This document shows, in pieces, positions 26,953 to 37,730 of a DNA stretch of 64,000 nucleotides. Origin of the DNA: Octopus bimaculoides (taxonomy: Eukaryota); contig NC_068988.1 in assembly GCF_001194135.2 (NCBI RefSeq), positions 33,048,242-33,112,241 of the forward strand, in the 5' to 3' direction. The notes under the pieces are model-generated. The model was not told the DNA's origin and ran no database searches. It saw nothing but the letters and a program-made list of their open reading frames with translations. Position 1 is the stretch's first letter. Each line of letters starts with the position of its first letter. Made by a program: the position numbers and the translations under genes.

Positions 26953-27499
26953 ATATATATATATATACACGCACAGGAATGTATAGAGTAAAAGATGTTT
27001 TCTTAAACACAGTCCCATTGCGTGGTACCTTCGCAAATGTTTTCTTTTAGAGCTCAGGGTCTAAGGTTTGTGAGTTGACATGGTAGATGGAAGCTAAAAG
27101 TATCCCATCTTATATATATGTGTGTGCGTGTATGTGTGTGTGTGTGTGTATATGTATGTGTATGTGTGTGTATGTGTGTGTATGTATATGTGTATGTGTG
27201 TGTATGAGTGTATGTGTGTGTATGTGTGAGTGTTTTCTTTCATGTATGTGTGAACCGTAAATGTCAGGTGGGATGAGATGCAACAATGAATTTATTGATT
27301 CTCGTGACAGTATTAGAATTACAAATGTTTCGCGAACTTCTTGTAGTATTGCGTGTGGAAGAATATATTCTTTCATGCTTGCACTGCTTAACATGCTCAA
27401 CAGTATTCGATGTCATTATATATTCCCAAATCAATGCAAATAATGAAAGCTGACTCGTAGGTTCACAAAAACTTTATAGTTACACCAAGGATTTCACTT

Positions 27500-28350
27500 C
27501 ATACATAGAATGTGTGGAAGGCAGAAGCTGAATGCTATTAGGTTGGTTTGTTCAGGAGAATCGAAGATGAGAGGGCTGTTTATGCCGTATATGACAAGAG
27601 AGATACGTTCGACGAGTGCCAAGTGTTCCTTAAACAAGTCAAAGCACCAAGAGGCTGAACTACTTATATCAAGACCGAAATGTAGACCGAAGGCTTGACA
27701 GATGGCTATACGGGGATCGGAATTTGATTTCAACAGTCATGCATACTAAATCTCCAACAAAAGTGAGGGCGCCTAAGAGATATCAGCTACAAGGGAGGTC
27801 TCGTCCCACCTAATTTTTTTCAGCGGGCTTAAAAGTAAATGCGACTCTACATACCTATATTTTTGGAGAAGCATCGGAGGCCTGGATAGAATGAATACGT
27901 GACATAATTTTGTAGATTCCCCAGCAAAGCTCTGCGTTGTTTCATAAGATTGAGCCAAGCGAAGCGTGGATGTGTTCCAATCTCCATGATCAGTTTCTCC
28001 CAGACAAATATGTTTCAATCGCATCAAACCTCAATCCAATAGACTATTACGTATGGGACGTACATGAAGGATAAGTTAATCAACGTGTCTTTAACTCTAT
28101 GCAGCCACTCAAGTCCCCCACATCCTGCACTTCGTCCAAATTTGATAATGATTGTCTGCTTCTGGCATGTCTTCCGACCCGCCTTGCAGTCACTAATGAC
28201 AACGCTGGATTCATCGAATAGGTGTGATAAAATCATTCTCAAGATTACTTATACCGATTTCTTTTCAAATAGAGTTTTCCTTTGATGAGCTATGTATCTT
28301 TATTTAATTTCACAAAAATGAACTAAAGCAATCTGAGACATCCTGTGCAT
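27500..28350 (+). mobile_element. Degenerate Tc1/mariner transposon, DD37D (maT)-like
   Basis: Translation VMHTKSPTKV...FFSAGLKVNA...PQQSSALFHK...SNLNPIDYYVWDV...NDNAGFIE* matches maT-type catalytic and C-terminal motifs; ends near ...gagacatcctgt. Confidence 0.8.
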
Positions 28351-30060
28351 AAAAAAAACCCCAAGGACTAACCACTATAGCGAGCTAAATCAAAAGTTGT
28401 TCCTTTAGAATTTTCATTGACGATTTTTCGCAATTTTCATAGGACTTCAAATGTTGTACATACCCAGGCTTGCAAAGAAGTACACAGCCGAAACTTTTAT
28501 ACATCAAACATTATATACTGTCATTGAGCTTTTCATGACAATGCCACATAAAGCCACTCTCTTCAAACATTTTACAACTTTCCATTATACGCTTCCTTTA
28601 CTTAGCCTTTTTCCAAAGATTGTTCTTCCCATTTCTTTACATGCTTCTACATTTCTTTCAGGATGCCTTTCATAAAGTGATTTTACTTTTCCCCAGTAAT
28701 TTATATATATTAACCCATATGTCAGTGGAATCAGTTTAAGCTGTATAGGCCGGAGTTCCCGCAATGCTGAAACCGCCTCAATCTGCCGATATTTACAGTA
28801 ATTAAGGAGAATTGAGCTAACATAATCTAAGCTCTAAAGTTCAGTCCTTAGAAGTGCAGCAATTCCAGAATCTCACATTCCGATTTATATTTAGTTACTA
28901 CAACTTAAAACGTCATTGAACAAAATAAACACTTGAGCGATTCAAATAGAATTTTCATTTGTGCTATTATTGTAGCACAAAGGAAAACCTCGCGTTTATA
29001 TACGTCAGCCTAAATTTACTGATGACATTTCAATGTGGTATCTGTTATCATCTCTCTCTTTTAGTCATCAAACTGTTGGTATATCGGCTTGAATAGATAG
29101 ACAACATTAGTTATTTCGTTGAAAATTAGTACTTAGTATATCATCACTTTTGCCAAACCGTTATCTACGGGAGTGTTAACAAAGCAGCAACAGTTGTCCA
29201 GTGGTTGTGGGAGACAATCACAGACAGAAGGACACGCACACACACGCACACCTATATATATATATATATATATATATANNNNNNNNNNNNNNNNNNNNNN
29301 NNNNNNNNNNNNNNNNNNNNNNNNNNNNNNNNNNNNNNNNNNNNNNNNNNNNNNNNNNNNNNNNNNNNNNNNNNNNNNNNNNNNNNNNNNNNNNNNNNNN
29401 NNNNNNNNNNNNNNNNNNNNNNNNNNNNNNNNNNNNNNNNNNNNNNNNNNNNNNNNNNNNNNNNNNNNNNNNNNNNNNNNNNNNNNNNNNNNNNNNNNNN
29501 NNNNNNNNNNNNNNNNNNNNNNNNNNNNNNNNNNNNNNNNNNNNNNNNNNNNNNNNNNNNNNNNNNNNNNNNNNNNNNNNNNNNNNNNNNNNNNNNNNNN
29601 NNNNNNNNNNNNNNNNNNNNNNNNNNNNNNNNNNNNNNNNNNNNNNNNNNNNNNNNNNNNNNNNNNNNNNNNNNNNNNNNNNNNNNNNNNNNNNNNNNNN
29701 NNNNNNNNNNNNNNNNNNNNNNNNNNNNNNNNNNNNNNNNNNNNNNNNNNNNNNNNNNNNNNNNNNNNNNNNNNNNNNNNNNNNNNNNNNNNNNNNNNNN
29801 NNNNNNNNNNNNNNNNNNNNNNNNNNNNNNNNNNNNNNNNNNNNNNNNNNNNNNNNNNNNNNNNNNNNNNNNNNNNNNNNNNNNNNNNNNNNNNNNNNNN
29901 NNNNNNNNNNNNNNNNNNNNNNNNNNNNNNNNNNNNNNNNNNNNNNNNNNNNNNNNNNNNNNNNNNNNNNNNNNNNNNNNNNNNNNNNNNNNNNNNNNNN
30001 NNNNNNNNNNNNNNNNNNNNNNNNNNNNNNNNNNNNNNNNNNNNNGTGTGTGTGTGTGTG

Positions 30061-30111
<51 letters not shown>

Positions 30112-30209
30112 ATATGGATGGATGGATGGATGGATGGATGGATAGAAGGTTCAATGGATGGATAGATAGATGCAGCTCTGTTGGTATGTATGCATCTACA
30201 TATATATAT

Positions 30210-30251
<42 letters not shown>

Positions 30252-32383
30252 ACACTTATTAAACTTTAAGGACACATTGAAGTGTTTACCCGCCAGAAAT
30301 AAGAGATAAAACCCTCATTTAGACCACCAGATATTCCACTTATCGTAACATATACAATAGTATACGATGAGGTGAACTGAAACAGATCTCTCGCATACCA
30401 TTATACCATAAAGCTATATATTTAATGGAACTGGCGTATATATGTAGGCCGGTTCCTGGCTTGACACAAAATTCTTACCTTCCTCAGCAAATCTTAACCC
30501 TTAGAAACATCATTCCAGTCCGCCATATTGAAATCTGCTGGCGTCCTTAATTGATTGGCGCTAAAGTGTGGCCAGCCTCAGTGTGAAAAGTACTAACCAT
30601 CAACCAAAATATGTAAAATTGAATATATATATATATATTCTTGTTAGTTTTCATGCTTACCATTCCTTGTTTTGTTTACCGCAGCGTTCTTCCTAAGAAA
30701 TGTAATCTTGTGCGAACACACACGTCGGCACCCACCACACAAATAGTTAAATATAGGCTACAAATTTTATTGCTGCCAGAGTATCGTGTCTCTATGAATT
30801 ATAGTTGCAGGAAATGAAATGTTTATTTTAGGCTGGGCAAACTATCATGTCGCAGTAGGGAGAGCTAATGCAAAATGCCCTCCTATTATGATACATGGAA
30901 ATTTGTGCATATCTTATAAAAGTCTGGATGGTGGTGTGTCAGCAATGAGTAATGCTCAAAATATACTCATTCTTGTATATGACTACTTCATGTTTGTTTG
31001 CGAGGAGGTCCAATACCATTATATATATATTCATATCGATCAGAATGACCTAACATATACATCATAGGAATGAATACAATAGGGGAAAATGCTGAATGAT
31101 ATTTTGCTTTTAATGTATTTTTTAAAAGAACGGATGCTATCTGCCGCGTCTCCTCGGAAAATACGGATAGCTTCTTACGGAAACTTTAATCGTATGACGT
31201 GGCCGTTTTATAAAAAAAATAAACACTCACGCAGTTAGACAGTCGCACAAATTGACACAATTGTATAATGTTGAGCGTATATGTGTCTGTCTGTCCGTGT
31301 ATGTATATATGCATGTATGTATATATGCATGTATGTATGTAATTATGTGTGTTTGTAAGTAAATATGTACGTATGTATGTAAAACCTTATATTTAGTTAC
31401 TGTTTTCAGGTGAGACGACTTCCAGTATTTTTGAAATTTAAATTCGAGTGTGGCCGAACATAAATTCGTCTTTTATCTTTCAGTAACGGATATATTTAAG
31501 TACAACTCAAATACAAAATATTTTGAATAATGTAAACACACTCCAAAACTAGTGTTACGAATAATCATTACATCTTAGTTACGGGCTTATAATAAAAATG
31601 CTTTATTGGTATTAATTAGTAGTAGCGAATTTGCTCAAAACTCTAGTAATTTCACATCAGAGCGTGAAATACATGTAAAATATACCCGCTAAAATACTGC
31701 CATTTGTTAGCCTTTTGTGAGATGGTTAACTTCACACCTTATTTTAACTCCGATAATTATCCGCAATCTGAAATGATGCAGGCAAAATCGAATTTTGTGA
31801 TATTGAAACTAAGATCACACGAGACAGAAATAAATTGTATGATATGGTAAAGCCATTGCCAAGTTGGTTTCTATTTTAAGAGTACCCAATTACCAGATAG
31901 TGATGTGAAGCTGGTTATTTTTCTTACGCAATGTATTCACTGCAATATCTCACACAACGTAAGGGTCATAACCACCGTAAACGAATTACAACATAAGATA
32001 TTTCACCGAATTGATTAATTTATTACCAATACTTTGATTTGCCGCCTCAACGTGACCCTAAGAAGGTACATTATTTTGTGAATAAAATAAATGGGGTGTA
32101 ATATATCACATGATATCTCATCTCAATGGTCTGTTGGAGTCTGCTTGTTGGTCCCGAAGTATGCACAGCCAAGGCGAATCAGGAAGAAATTATCTCATGA
32201 TATTCGAAATAACACAATTAAGTATCACTCGTACTTTCAGTGGGTATGATTCTGAAACAAACAAATTCAAAAGAACCGAGAGTATATAAGGTTAATTTAT
32301 TGGAAATGTAGATGTTAACGCTTTCTTTCTTCATTTTGGATGAAATGAGTTGCGTTGGTGTACAAATGTATATTGGAATGGCA

Positions 32384-32601
32384 AGGCAGCGAGCTGGCAG
32401 AAATGTTAGCACGCCGGGCGAAACGCTTAGAAGTCTTTCGTCTGTCTTTACGTTCTGAGTTCAAATTCTGCCGAGGTCGACTTTGCCTTTCATTCTTTCG
32501 GGGACGATAAGTTAATTACCAGATGCGTAGTGGGGTCAATCTAATTGAGTGGGTCCCTCTTCCAAAATGTTGAGCCTTGTACCTAGAGCAGAAAAGAATA
32601 T
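32384..32601 (+). mobile_element. Full-length tRNA-derived SINE with Nin-like domain
   Basis: Head GAGCTGGCAGAAATGTTAGC...GAGTTCAAATTC; central GCCGAGGTCGACTTTGCCTTTCATTCTTTCGGGG; tail CTAGAGCAGAAAAGAATAT. Confidence 0.88.
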
Positions 32602-33792
32602 AGATTGGAATGGTATTACGTATCTACTTGCGAATGACTTCAGCATTTCCAAAACATATTCAGCCACTCGTCTTGCCTGGAATGCATAATATAGTATGTA
32701 GTGAAGCACCTATTACTGCACAATTACCAATGCATATTCCAGATTGTTTTTTTAATGACTAGGTTACATTATTTAACAGATGGTAAAATTTATTCAAGCC
32801 GTCTATTTCTATGTTTTATCTGCATAATTATTAAACAGTTAAAGATAAAAAATTTCGTATCACACTAATTGCCCATTTGTAGTTCATTCCAAGGAATTAC
32901 CTTTGTTTATTTGTTCTGTGTATCTTCAGAGTTCTGCATACAATACAACTTGGTGTTATAGCGCATATAAAATTCTAAGCTATAGCATTATTCTTTAGCA
33001 AAAGAGTATAGACGTGAGTTTCATTCTAAATGAATATCAATCAGATATGCTCAATAAACAACACGTTTTGTTGAACTCTATTACTAAAGAATTTCTTTAA
33101 TACTCTTGTCAGCTATAGTTTAAGGTGAAACATGATGATTTAAGATAATACACAGACAGTATAACGCAAAAAGATAATCAAATAATGTTCCTACATACAT
33201 CGAATGAAATTTATCTTAATGCTTTTGAATCATATAATATTATACATATTTTAATTTTGAAATTTTTTTAATTAGAATTATTATCTAAGAGCAATAAAAA
33301 CTATGGATAATTCCTTTTTGTTTCTATTGAGTGTTTTTAAATATCTAAAATCAGTTATTGCTGACTGAAACGTGACATCGTTACGTTATTAGTCAAAACA
33401 AATGCTAATATAATATTCGTGAAACGTGGAAACTAAAAAAAATATCGTGATTATAATTCAATACAAATATTTACACATCTATTGATTTTAGCATTTATGA
33501 ATTCCATCTGCAATTATCAGCGCAGACAACAAAAGATTTTGGGCTTTAATTATTCAATTAATTATTCAAGTTGATGTTTTTCTACGTTTTAAAGACCCTG
33601 TGAATTACCAAATTACTATCGAAACAAAGGTAACGATGCCTCATGTTTTCTACTAAAATAATCATCATCAAATATCGAACTACATTGTATTATTCGTCCT
33701 TTTCGTTAGATCATCAAGCATTTTACCACCTAAACAAAAGGTTTAAAATTATGAAATTGAAATAATAACCATCGTAAACAATCTGAAATCAA

Positions 33793-33831
<39 letters not shown>

Positions 33832-34009
33832 GCTTAGAGCTGCGGCCATGCTGATAATTAAAATTAAAGCGAAAATTAAGTGCCTGGTGATCGTAAAAGA
33901 TACATCCCTTGCTCGACAATTTTTCACTTACTGAATATAGAATACATTTAGTACCCAATTTTCTAATTTCCAAAACGTAACAAAAAAGAACAAAACATGT
34001 CCGAATATA

Positions 34010-34199
34010 TACGAGTGGGTACTAAAAAGTTCCTGACTTTGGGTAAAAGAAAATAAAGGAATCTCTTAACGCATTCTCCTCTCAGCTTCACACACATTGT
34101 AACGGCCCTCTTTTTTCGTAACCCCGGTAAAAGAACTCGTAAGTTTAGACCATTCACGATACCTTTAGAGCCAGGAAATTTTCAGCACCCCATCGTGTA
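34010..34199. mobile_element. Mariner-derived MITE (~190 bp)
   Basis: TIRs tacgagtgggtactaaaaagttcctg ... ccaggaaattttcagcaccccatcgtgta, TA-flanked. Confidence 0.85.
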
Positions 34200-34361
34200 T
34201 AATCTCGGCTCCTCTCTCTTTATATTTGCATATACTTAGGTCTCTCTCTCCCTGTCTCCAGTTCCCTCTCTCTTCCCTCTCTTTATCTCTCGAGTATACA
34301 TATATGTGTGTGTGTGTCTCTCTCTCTATATAAATATATATATATATATACGCACACTATT

Positions 34362-34900
34362 TACAACGTTTCATCAGGTGTCTTGGGGAAATTTCGAATC
34401 TAGGTTCTCAAATTATTATTATTAATATTATTATTATTCAATGCCTGGAATCGAACTCGGAATCTTGGGCTCAGTAGCCTGCGCTTTTAACCACTACTCC
34501 ATATACCCGTGGGCAATTGTGGAGTGAATTTTAGGGCTTATAAATCTAATATGCTCATGGTGTAGTGGTTAAGATTGCGGGCTACTAACCCCAAGATTCC
34601 GAGTTCGATTCCAGGCAGTTACTTGAATAATAATAATGATGATAATGTTAATAATAATAAGAAGAAGAAGAAAAAGAAGAAGAAGAAGAAGAAGAAGAAA
34701 AACAACAACAACAACAACAACAACCACAAGAACAACAACAACAACAATTACCTTAAGAAAAATACCTTCAGAATGAGAACCCACGTTTGAAATTTCCCCA
34801 AGACACCTGATGAAGGCTAGAGGGTATATCAGCCGAAACGTTGTGTTGACAACAAACAAGGTGAGGACAAATATCCATCAAATGTAAATAATGTACATAA
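34362..34900. mobile_element. Palindromic element: two divergent tRNA-like heads, each followed by (AAT)n and a PLE-type hammerhead segment (family C)
   Basis: 34442-34500 is the reverse complement of 34559-34617 (A box TGGTGTAGTGG, B box GAGTTCGATTCC). 34364-34410 is the reverse complement of 34774-34843 apart from a 23-nt deletion and a few substitutions. Confidence 0.88.
34802..34847 (+). ncRNA. Minimal type I hammerhead ribozyme (Penelope-type)
   Basis: GACAC-CUGAUGA-A-GGCU(AGAGGGUAUAUC)AGCC-GAAAC-GUU^GUGUU: intact core, 5-bp stem I, palindromic ACGU stem III; predicted cleavage after 34842. Confidence 0.85.
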
Positions 34901-35415
34901 TTCCTCATCTTTTAAATATAGAACTGGAATAAAGATATATATTCACGCACACGCGCATGCACGCATTCAACAAACACACACCTGCACGCACATACACACA
35001 TGTACACACACGCATACAAATATATATTTGTGAGCTTTGATTTGTAAATTGTAACTGTGGAATAGATAGTTCAAATTTACAGAAAAATAAAAGACGAAGA
35101 CAGATGCATGAACAACAAGCAGGTATATTAGTTTGACTCTCGGGAAAGCAGACAGTTGTTTAGTTAATATACTGTGGTACAGTGAAGTGTGCGAAAAAGA
35201 AATACCGACGGAGAGCAAATGAAATTTTCTGAAAATTGGAGAAGAACAGATGAGGTCTAAGAAGAGAGGAAGATTCTTTTAAAATTCGAATCGATAATTC
35301 CGTTGATCTTTCAAACGCGTATTTACTGCTTGCGTATGCGTTTGTGAGTGGTTATTTGTTTATATTTGTTTATATATAGGTTCAACATATATGTGTGCGT
35401 GTGTGTGTGTGTCGA

Positions 35416-35463
<48 letters not shown>

Positions 35464-35476
35464 ATCGATAAATTTG

Positions 35477-35612
35477 TATTCTTTTCTACTCTGGGCGCAA
35501 GGTCCGAAAATTTTTGGGAGGGAGCCAATCGATTAGATGGACCTCAGTACGTAACTGCTATTTAATTCATCGACTGCGAAAGGATGAAAGGCAAAGTCGA
35601 CCTCTGCGGAAT
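35477..35612 (-). mobile_element. 5'-truncated Nin-like SINE
   Basis: Reverse complement of the 3' two-thirds of 32384-32601. Confidence 0.85.
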
Positions 35613-36711
35613 CGGTAAATATGCATTGATCATCTAAGTTTTAGAGGAGTTTCATTGTAATAAATGGACAATGCGTGAGAAGATCACGCCCCTTTCGTTT
35701 CACTCAAACATCCTATGAAAATATCGGATAAAATTGCTAGTCAAAGCGGAAAATTTTATTGGTTTTCATGCTAAGCAATATTTAATATTTAGTTTTCAAT
35801 AATTGTAACCTATCAGATATTACCTGAAGTTACACAACAACAAATAACTCCTTGATGAATGATTAATAATGTCTGAAGTACGAGTGCATATCCTAATTAT
35901 ATTTGGCTCTATTTTAATTTTATCATATGATGGAAAGTGGAAGATTTAAAGTTATTTCAGGGCATTGGAGTTAATGTAATTAACTCAAGACATCGTGTGT
36001 TATTAGAGAGAGAAGCATTTCATTTATGGGAATAGATGCCTTGAAAAATGTACATTAGTCTGAGAAAATTCGGGAGTAATGCTCGAAGTGCATTTGCAAC
36101 GTGAGCTTTTTGTGCCTGACCGATGAGCAAAGCTGTTGCTATTTTCTTTGAAATTTTACTCCTTGGTTTACTGAATGAGATGCAGGGAAATTAAATGTAG
36201 ATATAATGAATTACTGACGCACATGGTTCCATTTCAAAGAAAACTAAACCTGTGATTTATTGAGAAACCCGATCTCTATTATCAGAGTAAAGCATGTATT
36301 GGAACAAATTCCTCCAAATAGCTTAATTAAAGTCATAAACTATAGCTTGTGCTATGTATTGGATTGCATGTTTCGTATTCGGGTAGCATATTTTAATATG
36401 ATTTGCAATGGTTTGTACGTGTTATACTAAAGATGTTCAGTGACATCTTTAATAGGAACCTCATTGGAAAATTGCTATAGTCGTGTACATGTATATGTAC
36501 ACCCTGATATCGTAGACTCAACTAAAGTAAAATGCTACACGTATAGCTTGATGCATAAAACTTAAAAATTGCTTCTCAATAGATTTCCCATTCAAACATC
36601 GACTGACTTGAGTTCAAGTGGAAAATTGATTGCACGCTGCGCTATAGATTTCAATGTTTAAAAATGATATAACTTTAGAAATTATGTATGTATGCATGCA
36701 TATATGCACTT

Positions 36712-36836
36712 AGGTAGGTAGGTAGATAGGTAGATAGGTAGGTAGGTAGGGAAGGAGGGAGTTGGGGAGGTAGGTAGGTAGGTAGGTAGGTAGGTAGGTA
36801 GGTAGGTAGGTAGGTAGGTAGGTAGGTAGGTAGGTA
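36712..36836. repeat. (TAGG)n microsatellite
   Basis: Direct read. Confidence 0.97.
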
Positions 36837-36949
36837 GAAAGTATGTTTAGATATATGTACATATGAATGCGTATTTTATATGTATATATACAATCATATA
36901 TGGAGAGTGTGCGGACTACATTTGACAATATCTTATATTTCTTTTTTTA

Positions 36950-37730
36950 GGAACAGCTTGGTTGTATTGCTGAACATCCAACGGCGATGGAACGTATACA
37001 AATTGAAGTTGTAGTTGAGAAAAAGTTAAATTACATGGAAGGTTAGAAGCCATCTGAATATTGGAAAACAGTTACGTGTATCATGATTATCCGTGCTGGG
37101 TTTCCAAAGGCTGATATCATGACTGCTGCTCAATGCTCTGTGAATGTTACAAAGACTGCAAGATGTGATATGGACAGTTTCAACGGAAACTACGAAGCTG
37201 TGGCCTGCAGGAAGTGTCGCAGCAGGAATTGTGACTGTGTTCACTCACTGTAGTTATCCGATGACTGTTCAATGGTGATACTAGCTCATTTCAGACAGAT
37301 CTGTAAAGCCGCTGGAGACTGTGACCAAGCCCTAGCTGGAGTGGGTTGCTGTTGGAAGCAGTCTTTGAAGAAGCAAGATTTAGATCTATCCCATATTTTC
37401 AGAAAGAGACAGAATTTGTCGGAGAATTTCTAGAACTACACTTGCCTAAATGTCTGACCTCCTTATTCTCACGATTGTGTTCCTGTCGATCACAATGTGA
37501 ATTGTTATTCAGAATGACATCAAGCAGTCTGACTGCAACACAACGGCCGATCCGCCGGCCATACTCAAGGAGGTATTCGAAAGTTTTACCATGGACAGGG
37601 TGAGGAAAGCATGATCCAAATTCCGGGGCCGTTTCTAAACCGTAGTGGAAACTCAGAGCGGCTACTTTCGATAAACACTCCTTGTCCACCCATAATCTAA
37701 TTAATTGTTTTTATATTTAAAAGATAAATT
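36950..37730 (+). mobile_element. Internally deleted, degenerate DD37D/maT-like transposon
   Basis: N-terminal PSEYWKTVTCIMIIRAGFPKADIMTAAQCSVN...YEAVACRK joined to C-terminal KPLETVTKP*LEWVAVG...ILKEVFESF...KFRGRF*TVVETQSGYF. Confidence 0.7.

Noticed and set aside
30832-31067. 82-aa ORF with a plausible acceptor (GWANYHVAVGRANAKCPP...)
   Set aside because: No good donor, no recognisable homology; length within chance expectation.
34553-34620. tRNA gene call
   Set aside because: A and B boxes are present but the acceptor stem does not close and the sequence continues into a repeat body; treated as a SINE head.
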